A stretch of DNA of 34,759 nt from Octopus bimaculoides (taxonomy: Eukaryota), in the NCBI RefSeq assembly GCF_001194135.2, contig NC_068982.1, forward strand, positions 28,092,748-28,127,506, read 5' to 3'. Below, piece after piece: positions 1-10,895 of the stretch (positions are counted from its first letter, which is position 1; every line of letters begins with the position of its first letter). The translations under genes and the position numbers were made by a program. The notes under the pieces are model-generated. The model made no database searches and was not told the origin of the DNA. It saw nothing but the letters and a program-made list of their open reading frames with translations.

Positions 1-204
1 AGCGTGGCCGTTTTCGTGCGGGTGACACGTAAAAGCACCCACTACACTCTCTGAGTGGTTGGCGTTAGGAAGGGCATCCAGCTGTAGAAACTCTGCCAAA
101 TTAGACTGGAGCCTGGTGTTGCCATCCGGTTTCACCAGTCCTCAGTCAAATCGTCCAACCCATGCTAGCATGGAAAGCGGACGTTAAACGATGATGATGA
201 TGAT
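1..204 (+). mobile_element. SINE 3' part (young, CpG-rich) with a (GAT)n tail
   Basis: ~95% identical to the reverse complement of 6132-6309; (gat)n tail. Confidence 0.85.
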
Positions 205-1430
205 AGATAGGTTGGAGGAACACATCTCAGTTTTGGCTTGGTTTCTGCAGTAGAGCGAACTGGGTGAATTATATTGTGGCATCAGCACCAGAGAGGTTTC
301 TTGCTCTCAGCAATACTAAAGAGACCTCTTGATCCTAAGAAATGTACCCTATACATCCTGTAGAGTGGTTGACAAATGATTGAAACAAGTAAAAGATAAA
401 GATAACAGTGATATTCTTATATAATGAGAACACAAGAATGAAGAACCTCTTTATTAGTTATATTAGTTTTGTTTATCTACTTCTGCAAAAATAATGATAA
501 ATAATAATGATGATTTGTACTGAAGAATCAGTTATTACCCTTGTGTTGTAGAAGATGTTACACTAACAACCATCAATGTGGCAGGGGTTAAAATTTCTTG
601 TAACACTTCATTGCTTTTTGATTTCTCCAGAATGTTGTTTCCCAATTCCTGCAAAAGACATACAAATCTATTTAAAAATGCCACTGACAGTAACAAATAA
701 CATATATTTCAATTGTTTTACTTATAAGAAGTTTACGCTAGAAGATATATGCAATGTGCTGTTTTTATTATTCCCATCTACAATTCAATAGAAAGAACAC
801 TAATAATTTCCATAATTTCTTGAAGATTTTTATCTAGATTACAAAGAACTAATTATACAAAATATGTATCTTATCTTCTACAGAAATACACACACACACA
901 TAAAGCAACACCTGTATCTATGGGGAGAAATCGTATTTCTTGTTTATTTAATTTGCAGCAAAATGATGATTAAAATTCAACTGTAGATATTTTTGCTATG
1001 CAGTAAAATGAACAAGGAATAGTTTTTCTCCCAACTCACGAAGATTAACATGGATAAATTAAAATATAATTGTGATAAAAGGAATCCCAACAAAGATTCA
1101 TTGTTAAAAATTGAGGGTGGTCATCACTTTTCTCTTGAAGACAATGACCTAAGAAATGCAAATGACCATGTGTACACACACACACACACACACACACAAT
1201 GAATTCTGTTAAAGGAAAATGGCATACAGAGAGAAGTTTCCTGCAAACATTTGAATTCTTAAAACATCCAACTTGCAGGAAATGTAAAACAGAAATTTTC
1301 TGAGTTTATTCTAGAATCAGAAATGGAAATGAAAAAAAAAATACTTAATTGGAATTCAAACTACTCTTCCACAAACTTATAACCACATCATGGCAAAAAT
1401 ATATATATATTAAAGAAGACTAAAACTTAC

Positions 1431-1528
1431 TTTTACAGTTTTCACATATTCCATCGGAGTAGGGATGAGTGACTCCAATTCTGGGAAACGTTTTGCATAG
1501 TGGTCTCTGGTAAACTTATGAATAACAT
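1431..1528 (-). CDS. PRPF31: PRPF31 coding exon 4 (98 nt, phase 1 to 0); the gene continues left of the window
   Basis: (N)VIHKFTRDHYAKRFPELESLIPTPMEYVKTVK matches human NIIHKFIRDKYSKRFPELESLVPNALDYIRTVK; aacAG acceptor and GTAAGT donor. Confidence 0.96.
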
Positions 1529-2207
1529 CTGTTCATTAAGTGAAACAAAACAAAAAAAAAAACAAAAAACGTTTATGTCTGATACAAAATATGTAGCATT
1601 ACTTACATCAGTTTTGAATTTAAAAATAGCTTTCATTAACTAATTTTATCAGAAGCTTTCTATCAATTACATATATACATAGGTTCACCTTTCATTATTT
1701 TCACTCCTTAGCCTTATCCAATCTCTACATTCATCATCTACTTTCTCCTGCCTTCCTCCCAACTATTAGTTTTTTTATTGATCACCCCCTTCATTATTCA
1801 GTATATTCGTCTCCACTACCTCATCCCTCACTTGCCCCATACATTCTTTCATCCTCTGCCTCCTCCAAACCTCCTCCCCACAACACTTGTCACCAACATC
1901 CTCATCGCCCTTTCTGACTACACCCTGTTAACTCCCAGTCTACAGTAAGAAACCTGTTCTAGCACTTTCTTTCATAACTTAGCATAAAGCTACCTACTTC
2001 TTTAGTGTAGTCCTATTCAGTTGAAAGGAATCTTACTCCTGCAAGCTACATGGCAATCTCATTAGTGTCAGTACCAACCATTCCAGTCATATTTTGCATC
2101 TTTTCTTTGAAGTCTAGTGTCTTGGGGTCTGGCTATAATGCTTCACCCGAACGTTTTCCTTTTGAACACATACCTCTACTGACAGCAAACAGAATTTTCA
2201 CAGTCAG

Positions 2208-2567
2208 AGGTGCAGGCATGGCTACGTAGTGAGAAGTTTGCTTGGGTTCAGTCTCATTGCATGGCACCATGGGCAAGTGTCATCTACTTTAGGCTGACCA
2301 AAGCCTTGTGAGTGGATTTAGTAGATGGAAACTGAGAGAAATTTGTTATATAGATATGTGTGTGAATTTCCTTATCTTGAAATCGTGTGATATATGTAAA
2401 TGAGTGTCACTGTCATTCATTTCCAATATTCTGCATGAAAATGTCTGGTCATGGGAAAGTATTACTTTGGTTGGAAATAGGTGAGGGTTGGCATCTAACC
2501 ATAGAAAATCTGCCTCAAAAACTGTCCAACCCATGCAAGCATGGAAGTAAAGTAGACGTTGAATGAT
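2208..2567 (+). mobile_element. Older tRNA-derived CORE-type SINE
   Basis: B-box-like GGTTCAGTC, CORE-like TGGGCAAGTGTC, internal (TG)n, tail CCAACCCATGCAAGCATGGAA. Confidence 0.75.
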
Positions 2568-2619
2568 ATCAGTATAGTTGTCTCCCTTGTATATGCATGA
2601 CGACACTTTTAATGCTTAC

Positions 2620-2828
2620 TCTTTTACTTGTTTCAGTCATTTGACTGCGGCCATGCTGGAGCACCGCCTTTATAGTCGAGCAAATCGACCCCAGGACTTA
2701 TTCTTTGGAAGCCTAGTACTTATTCTATCGGTCTCTTTTTGCCGAACCGCTAAGTTACGGGGACGTAAACACACCAGCATCGGTTGTCAAGCTATGTTGG
2801 GGGGACAAACACAGACACACAAACATAT

Positions 2829-2874
<46 letters not shown>

Positions 2875-3030
2875 GACGGGCTTCTCTCAGATTCCATTTA
2901 CCAAATCCACTCACAAGGCTTTGGTCGGCCCGAGGCTATAGTAGAAGACACTTGCCCAAGGTGCCACGCAGTGGGACTGAACCCAGAACCATGTAGTTGG
3001 TAAGCAAGCTGCTTACCACACAGCCACTCC
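2620..3030 (-). mobile_element. Full-length tRNA-derived CORE-type SINE with an internal (CA)/(TA) microsatellite
   Basis: Head GGAGTGGCTGTGTGG (A box), GGTTCAGTCCC (B box), CCTTGGGCAAGTGTC core and tail GACTGAAACAAGTAAAAGA. Homologous copies at 13.8, 15.9-16.9 and 33.6 kb. Confidence 0.9.
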
Positions 3031-3039
3031 TTGCCTACT

Positions 3040-3340
3040 TTTTCAGCCTCTCATGCAGTTGACATAGCATATCCAGTGTATGAAGCTCACTTAGATTTCT
3101 CTCCAGCTTCCACATGCAATCACCAGTGATAGATGCTGCTATCAAGCAGCATCTATTTCTTACACATGTTTTATGCAGTTTGCCTTTCATGTACAGTGGG
3201 ACCATTTTTGCTGTCAAATTCCTTAATGCCCTTTCTTACTCTGGCTACTGTGCTTTTCTACAACCTCATCCAGCACTAATCAGGTCACTTAAATACCTGA
3301 TCGTGTCATGAAGTTCATCTAAGGCTACAATAAATTCTTC
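3040..3340 (-). mobile_element. Decayed RTE-clade LINE fragment (RT C-terminus)
   Basis: IRYLSDLISAG.GC, STVARVR, KGKLHKTCVR and LERN motifs with stops and frameshifts. Confidence 0.55.
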
Positions 3341-4062
3341 ATCCACTTAGTTTTCACGCATGGGGCTCCATGTTTGCAAGGATGAGAGAAGTTTGAAGTA
3401 GAAATAATATTTATTATTGGCAACAATGATTAGATGTGTGGTTAAAAAGTTTTTCTTCATAATCATGTGGTTCCATAAACAAAACCTCTGTGCAGCCCCT
3501 CAGGTAAATGTTTTCTATTGAAGCTCTTGGTTGACGTTTTGTGAGTATAATCGGGTAGATAGACACTGTGTGAAAGCTCATTTTGTGTGTGTACATATTA
3601 GTATACAATAATGTCTCTTTTCATCAAAAGGTAACTGTAACCATTTGATAAAAATAAGTACCAATCTGAAATAGTCAATGGGGTTGATATGACTGACTAG
3701 AAGTCTTGATAGTAGTGCCCCAGTCAAGTACTGTAGTTGACCAAATCCACACCCCCCTCACCGGTATAATAAGCTATAGCTTTGCATTGATGTTAGAAAC
3801 CATTACTGGTCATGAATTCAAAATCTCAACACACCTGTTGTGTTAAGCCTTTGAGCCAGATGAGTTAGATGCATAACAACTCAGCTTGCCAAGTTCAACT
3901 TCACAGTGAGTGGTTTGCAGTAGGAAAAATATATAACTGAGAAATAATTATAGTTAGAAAAAAAACCCATCTCACTTCAGCAATATAGAAATGTCCAAAT
4001 TTACTACTCCAAACACCAACCACCCTAGTCTATGCAAACAAAGGTAAAACAAAATCACTTAC

Positions 4063-4146
4063 TGATTTCTGTATCTATCTCAACAGTCATGTTATTAGCT
4101 TCAACAATGAGTTTATATTCTGGATCTGCCTCAACTGGACCACTGA
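4063..4146 (-). CDS. PRPF31: PRPF31 coding exon 3 (84 nt, phase 1 to 1)
   Basis: (V)SGPVEADPEYKLIVEANNMTVEIDTEI matches human GPVEAAPEYRVIVDANNLTVEIENEL; ttccAG acceptor and GTAAGT donor. Confidence 0.96.
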
Positions 4147-4584
4147 CTGGAAATTAAAATCAATTCATTCAATATTATAATACTATACAATAGTAAATGA
4201 TAGAAACAAAATTATTTGTATTACATATATATATTTATGTGTGTGTGTAGAATATATAGTATGATACAAGAGAAAATTATAAGGAGTGTATAAAGTCATA
4301 AATGATAGAGAAATAGTTTGATGAAATTTAATTTAACAATAAGAAAATTCTAATATCATGACAAATTGTTTCGTAACTTGAAAGAAAGTCTTTGTTAAAT
4401 ACTAAATACTTGACAAAACAACATCTTATTAGACCAATGTGGGATTTAGATATCTTATTAACAAATTTGGCACTTGGCCATGTCTGCTGGAATGATCTTT
4501 GCATCATTGGGCTAATTGTACGAAGAGGAAATTGTATGTGATTATAATGACATATTAAGGTCAGCACAAAAACTTTGGTTTGTT

Positions 4585-4915
4585 GTGGATTTGTACTATC
4601 CTCCTTTGTTTAATGGCAGAAACATGAACTGTTAACAACTACTAAATAAAACTCTTAGAGCACTTTCACCAAAAGTGTCTGTCAAATTCTGAGGATTGCT
4701 TACGCCTAATACAAAAGTTTTAGAGAGAGCAGGAATCTCAACCATTCATACTATGCTGGTTTCCCATCAGCTGAGGTGGACTGGTCATTTATTACAAATG
4801 AGGAATGAGCATAATCCTTAAGCATGTTTTTTAAGGTGAGCTATCTGCTGGGAAGCAAAAACAGTGCAAAGGAAAAACATATGATATAAATATTTGCTAA
4901 AAACCAGTCTTGGGG
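4585..4915 (+). mobile_element. Decayed RTE/BovB-like LINE fragment
   Basis: AET*TV..LLEHFHQKCL and NTKVLERAGISTIHTMLVSHQLRWTGHLLQM..GELSAGK match the RTE post-RT region. Confidence 0.7.
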
Positions 4916-5039
4916 AGTTGAATATACCATGCAAAAATGAATCTAATGCTCTTGGTAGAAATAAATAGCAAAAAAACAAAAAGATCTGGTCTGGAGTAAA
5001 AGGTTTTAAAGAGAAATCAAATGAAATAGGTTGACCTAT

Positions 5040-5143
5040 CCTATAGTACAAGACACTTGCCCAAGGAGCCATGCAGGGGACTGAACCTGGAACCATGTGG
5101 CTGGGAAGCAAACTTCTTAACCATACAGCTATGCCTACACCTG
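5040..5143 (-). mobile_element. SINE 5' head fragment (CORE-type)
   Basis: Homologous to the heads at 2208 and 3030. Confidence 0.75.
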
Positions 5144-5807
5144 AATATGGCAGGGTATATTTTTTGGAGGATGGCTTCACTCACATAATTGTCTTGCCTG
5201 AGTCAGTGTGAATCCTATTTGCTGGCAAGAGTAGTCAGTATAGAATTTAGCTGATTTGAAGTACCAGGGTGTTTGAAGGATGGGAAATATTGAGCAGTAT
5301 GTTGAACAAATAAAGAGATACAATTGTTGAATGTGAAAGTATATTGTATGCTGAGAATGGGAAATATCCAAGAACCCATGTAGAAAAAGACAAAGTAGGT
5401 ATATTAGAAATAGTGAGCAGAGAGGGTGCCCCTTATAGTAAGCTGAGCCTCTCACATGAGATGATATAAGATGAAGAAGAATGATAATATGCTGTATTAC
5501 AGACCTGTACAAACCATGTTAACAGGGGAAAATGGTTACTAAAAAAGAAAAATGATTTATTGGTAGAAATAGTAAGCCATTTGACTATATATATAAAAGC
5601 ATTTAATTTTGTTTCTCCTCATGAGTGTTCTTTCAGGACTGTTTTTGTCTTTACCTTTCTAAGGCTGGTAAAATAAATACCAGTAATACAAAAGACTTAA
5701 CTTCGTTCATTTTCTCTTTCAATTACACAAGGAAAAAATAAATATTTCTACAAATGTAATTTTTTATTATTATTTTTTTTTTAAATAAAAAGAAAATCTA
5801 AACTTAC

Positions 5808-5865
5808 CTCCATCTTTCCGTTGCATGGTAGAAAACTTTTCAATTTCTTGCAAAACATATTTAAG
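5808..5865 (-). CDS. PRPF31: PRPF31 coding exon 2 (58 nt, phase 0 to 1)
   Basis: Encodes LKYVLQEIEKFSTMQRKDG; ttcaAG acceptor and G|GTAAGT donor; frame joins both neighbouring exons. Confidence 0.92.
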
Positions 5866-6131
5866 CTTGAAATGATAAAAAAAAAACAAAAAAGATTCAA
5901 TGTTACTGAGTTATTATTGAATTACAAAAATAGTACAATACAGGACTTAATTCTTTATAACAAAAGTTGATCTAATAAACTATAATGGCAGAGTCAACTG
6001 AATTAACTAAGAGTTAATTCAAATGACTATTCCACTTTCTTACAAATTGTTCATCTACTGCCAATAGAAAGAAATAGATATTATTAAAGACTATTATTTT
6101 TCTGGACAAAACACAAGATCCAATTTTTAAC

Positions 6132-6337
6132 CATCGTTTAACGTCCGCTTTCCATGCTAGCATGGGTTGGACGATTTGACTGAGGACTGGTGAACCAGAT
6201 GGCTACACCAGGCTCCAATCTGATTTGGCAGAGTTTCTACAGCTGGATGCCCCTCCTAACGCCAACCACTCCGAGAGTGTAGTGGGTGCTTTTACGTGCC
6301 ACCGGCACGAAGGCCAGTCAGGAGGTACTGGCAATGG
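6132..6337 (-). mobile_element. SINE 3' part, same family as 1-204, inverted
   Basis: Manual alignment gives 8 substitutions and 1 indel over ~177 nt. Confidence 0.85.
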
Positions 6338-7400
6338 AGAAAAGAAAAAAAAAATACTTAAAACTGACCCTACTCTATCTTATTGCATTCTTATTTTATA
6401 GTCATAGTTTATGTCAGAGTATACATAAATCACTAAATTTGCAATGATATTCCATTCTTTTTATACATTATGTGTATAATCACATTTTTGCAGAGAAAAT
6501 TATTTCTGTTTAAAATCCATTTTAAGAAAAGTTTAGAATTTTTGCTGTGTTGTTGTAGATGTGTGGAAATCATAACTGAAAGGAAATAAAGTGGCACAAG
6601 TACTTCCGAAAAGTTCATCTTGGTTGAGAAATGGCAGTCACCAGTTTTCTGCAAAGTTGGCAGAAGATCATGAAGCATAGCAATAAGTTAGCTTTGATAG
6701 TTTACTCTTCTGTTTGTATGAGTTAATTATCATCATTTTAATGACCACAATTCTCTGCTTTCATGGGTTAGATGGAGTTTATCAAGACAAGTTTTCTACA
6801 ATCAAGCCTGTTATCTGATTAAGACATAGGCACATTAGAAACATTATATTATACATATTTTCCTATTTGTCACTTCTCAGCCATTGCATTTGTTCCCCAA
6901 TTTATCTCTGATTTAGAATTTGTTGATTATAAATTAGCCTTCTTCATACATATGACAGTCACTAAGAATGGCTATCTATAAAGCTAAAGCAAAACCATAC
7001 TGAGGTAATGTTTACATATCTGGGAAAGTGGTACTGCTACTACACAGCCAAATGTAGTAGACTGCACTAGAGCAAGGGGCATCGAGTAGATTATTCCCCA
7101 ACAGGCTACAACCACACATTCACAGATGCAGTTTATTCTTTCTGCTGCATCTACAATAACTTCTGTTTTCCTGAATTACCTAGGGAAGTACAACTTCTGA
7201 TACAGTCCACCACCTCTCTTTTCTTCTCTTTACTGTATCCCAAAACTGCCACGCTTTTTTCTAGAATTGTAAAACTCTGAAATTTTCTCTATGCTTTATT
7301 TACAGAAGTTCAAGTTAAAACTTACACATAATGAGCTTATCAATCTGAGAGGACTAACAAAGGCTATGGGTATTGTATTGCCTCTCTCTCTCTCTGACTA

Positions 7401-7983
7401 AATAATCCTAATATAGGCACAAGGCCTGAAATTTTAGGGGAGGGGGCTCTAGTTAATTACATTGACCCCAGTGCTCAAATGGTACTTATTTCATCGACCC
7501 TGAAAGGATGAAAGGCAATGTTGACCTTGGCAGCATTTGAACTCAGAATGTAAAGACAGACAAAATGCTGCTAAATATTTCGTTTAGCATGGCAATGATT
7601 CTGCCAGCTAGCTACCTTATTCTAACACCAAATAATCCTTTCTACTGAAGGCACAAGGCCTTCAAATTTTGTGGGGAGGGGACTAGTTGATTACATCAAA
7701 CCCAGTGTTTCACTGGTACTTAATTTATTGACCCCAAAAAGGATGAAAAGCAGAGTTGACCTTGGTGGAATCTGAACCCAGAATGTAGCAGAAGACGAAA
7801 TACTGTTAAGCATTTCGCCCGGTATGCTAACGATTCTGCCAGCTCACCGCCTTTCTCTTATCAAATAATAACAATGTTTCTGTTGAGGCACAAAGCCAAT
7901 AATTTTGAGAGGAGGGGATAAAGGTGATACCAGTAATGCCAGTACTTGACTGGTACTTTATTTTATTAACCTCAGAGGAATGA
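7401..7983 (-). mobile_element. Three head-to-tail tRNA-derived SINE copies (7401-7618, 7631-7853, partial 7864-7983)
   Basis: Repeated ATCGACCC.GAAAGGATGAAAGGCA central block and AATAATCCT tails; same family as 29.1-30.6 kb. Confidence 0.85.
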
Positions 7984-8059
7984 TGCTTGCAGTTTCAACG
8001 TGTTTAATACTATTGGCTGTCTTTTAACAAAAGAAATTTAATTAATGTAAATTATGAAC

Positions 8060-8227
8060 CTCTGTGCTATCTCTGAGCTTGGCAACACTCCGCACAGAAT
8101 GTTTGGTAGTGTCAACTTCCATAACTGTATCAGACACCTCGGTAACATCTTCTTGCTCAATGTCTTGAGTTTCCAAGTTTTCTCCACCCTCTTCTAAATC
8201 AGCCAACAATTCATCTGCCAGAGACAT
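8060..8227 (-). CDS. PRPF31: PRPF31 first coding exon (56 codons; the exon starts at 8236 with 9 nt of 5'UTR)
   Basis: MSLADELLADLEE...SVRSVAKLRDSTE matches the Prp31 N-terminus (human MSLADELLADLEE...SVKTIAKLWDSKM). Acceptor ttttTAG at 8238-8237; donor GAG|GTTCAT at 8059. Confidence 0.96.
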
Positions 8228-8314
8228 AAGTCACACCTAAAAATAAAAAAATAAAGTAGTTAAATACGATTAAAATAATATAAAAAGAAACACAAAAATT
8301 TTAGTATTTCAATA

Positions 8315-9185
8315 GGAGAGTGGGGCAAAATGAGTAATTTCTGATTTTCTCTGTTTGAAACCATTACATTAGAATTATTGCATTATCATTTTGTATTGTT
8401 GCATCATCTTTGAGAATAAAAATGGGTTAGCATAGCTGTTTAAACAGAGAATTTAAAACATAGTCAGGTGACAAGTACTTTTGTTTCAAGAAAATTTTCC
8501 TTGACTTTTAACTCGATTATAATTGAAATTGCTAATAAAATATCTGGATAACTTTTGATATTTAACCATCAATATTCTTTTCAATTGTGGATTCCAAGTC
8601 AATTTCCCCCACACTTAATGTCTAATTTAATAATTTTCAATTTAAAAAAATAGTCCAAATCGGGGCAAAATGAGTAATAACTAATTTCAATAGTTTCTTC
8701 TCTTTCTAATTGCATGGTGCTTAAATACATCAGATCATGAAGAAGCTATAAAGAATATTTTATGCTGAGTTTTTAGATTTAGCCAAGTTTTGTTAATTGC
8801 ATATCATGTGTCATTTTTCCATGATCCTCTTTCATTTGACCTAGATATTAAATTAAATTTTTTTTTTGTTTTGCATTTCTGATGTCTATAAATGGATATT
8901 GACTTATACGAGTCTTTTTCCAAATGTAATTCTGGAGAACTAAAAAAACAAATTTATATTATCTTGTCTTACTCATTTTGCCCCATCTAAATTTGTCTTT
9001 TATATGCTCAAAGAGAACACAGATTATTTTCTGAAATAGTGTTTTGGATGTGTTATACTGTTTTAAATGCATTCACTGAAGCTCATTTGCTTAGCTGATA
9101 CATTAGTGAACATTTGTAAAAAACATTTTTTCTCAAAGTCAAAAATGCAGTAAATATTACTCACTGTGCCTCACCATCACTCTCC
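8315..9185. mobile_element. Non-autonomous DNA-transposon-like element in PRPF31 intron 1
   Basis: GGAGAGTGGGGCAAAATGAGTAA left end after TA and a degenerate inverted end at 9158-9185. The same 16-mer recurs at 8662-8677 (direct) and 8969-8984 (inverted). Confidence 0.6.
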
Positions 9186-10173
9186 ATCTTTTCTTGTAGG
9201 CTGAATGAATATATCTAGTTTTGTATGAAAGCGAAAATAACAGTGTAACACGTACTTAAATCAGAGACGTCATCTACCCAAGAAAACGATCTTTTATTGC
9301 TTTGTTGAATATTTATTTCTAATTAAATATTTTAAACACAAACTCACTTATTACACTACTAGTTTTCTTTAAGAGAGAAAAATGTGTAATCAGTTATTTA
9401 TGAAAGTGTCAAAAGATTGTTATCGTGTTGCAGTATCAATATAAAAGATACATCGCGTCCAGTAAAGCCTGGACACTGTAGTCTCCCTTCAGTACAAAAC
9501 TGTAAATATGTCCTTTCTTAAAGGTTTTATAGCATTGCTTCGATAGAACATTAAGAAAAAAAAAGACAATAAAAATATTACATTCAACAACAAATATAAA
9601 CATATGAACCACTTCAGGGAGGATTCAGTGTGGTTGTTCTATTTTGTTGAAACAGCAGCTAAACTTTCTTCAAATTATATACAAAACGAAGACGCCAGGT
9701 CCCATTTTATAATGAGGTTCGTGGATAAATTTTTAGTGTTAAACCCGTCTAAATTTGAAGGATAAATTTAAGTCTGCCCATAGGTTTTGATGTTTTGAAC
9801 GAATCTGACCATCAAAAATAATCGGAAATCACTCGTTGAAAGTGTGACGAGTGTAATAGTAAAACTTTACCGGTTCCTGGAAAAATTTGCTAGCTACGCT
9901 TTGGATGATATATATACATGATAAAAGCTGATTCAGAGCTAAACAACAATACAGACAAATTGTCAAGTTACAAACTAAACGACACATCTATCTTTCCATA
10001 ATGTGATATCCTTGCTATCAAACAATAAAAGAATGCTGAGGACACATGCTGTTTCGTTGACTTTTCCTCAACTTTGATTGCAAAATAGCCAAGTAAATTC
10101 ACAACATAAATTTAAAACATAAAAACGGACGACAAATAATACAGAATAATGAAAATAATTAAGGTGTTAACAA

Positions 10174-10270
10174 CATACCTAATTAGTTCACTGTTTCAAA
10201 ATACAACGCAATAAATATGCTTAAACAGTTGTTTACCGGTGTAGTTTACTCTTTTGTCACCGGTGTTGAT
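10174..10270 (-). promoter_or_regulatory. Candidate non-coding first exon / promoter of PRPF31
   Basis: AG|GTATGT donor at 10179/10178. CpG frequency visibly rises from ~9.3 kb onward. ACCGGTGT occurs twice (10235-10242, 10259-10266). An upstream exon is required because the ATG exon begins with a splice acceptor; its placement here is inference. Confidence 0.3.
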
Positions 10271-10520
10271 CGAAAGTTTTATACGAATAATAGATATCCC
10301 AGCTTCTAACTGTGATTACTAATTTAGGTCAACATTTTAGAATTTTAGATCAGAAATGAGATGGGGGGTGTACACACACACACACAGTGGAGGTAGAGTG
10401 TGCTTCTCCTCCGGATTTATGTATTTCTACAAACGATCATATATATATATCCATACATATATGTATGGATATATATCCATACATATATGTACATACCTAC
10501 ATCTATATGTATACATACAT

Positions 10521-10895
10521 GCATTATGGGTACAGGACATCACAAAAACGTTAAACACAATGAGAAACGAAAACATAAAGACGAAGACAAAAAACGAACT
10601 TCTTTCAAACAACGAAAAAAACAAACAGAGAAACGAGACATGCAACATAAAGAATATTTCACTTCATCAGTTGTCCCTGTTCCATCTACTCCACGTTTCG
10701 AAGGCAAGGACAATACACGACTTCATTGGAACAGTCCTTCCCGCAAAGCAAATTAAATAAAATTTGGAATTTTTTTTGCGGAGGGTGAAAGTGTAAATAA
10801 GAACAGGACAGTGAGAACAAGACAGTAAAATACAGTAAAAACAAGACAGAACAGTGAAAACAAAACGGTAAGGGCTGTTAGGCCAAGACGATAGA
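10521..10895 (-). mobile_element. Microsatellite-flanked repeat with decayed hammerhead-like motifs (probably PLE-derived)
   Basis: CCAATGAAG...CTTCGAAACGTGGAG followed by CTGATGAAG. It shares CTTCGAAACGT.GAG, CTGATGAAG and GTCCTGTACCC with 15625-15745. (TA)-rich repeats on both sides. Confidence 0.45.

Noticed and set aside
955-1060. Intronic C/D snoRNA (ATGATGA at ~962)
   Set aside because: No CTGA D box or terminal stem at a suitable distance.
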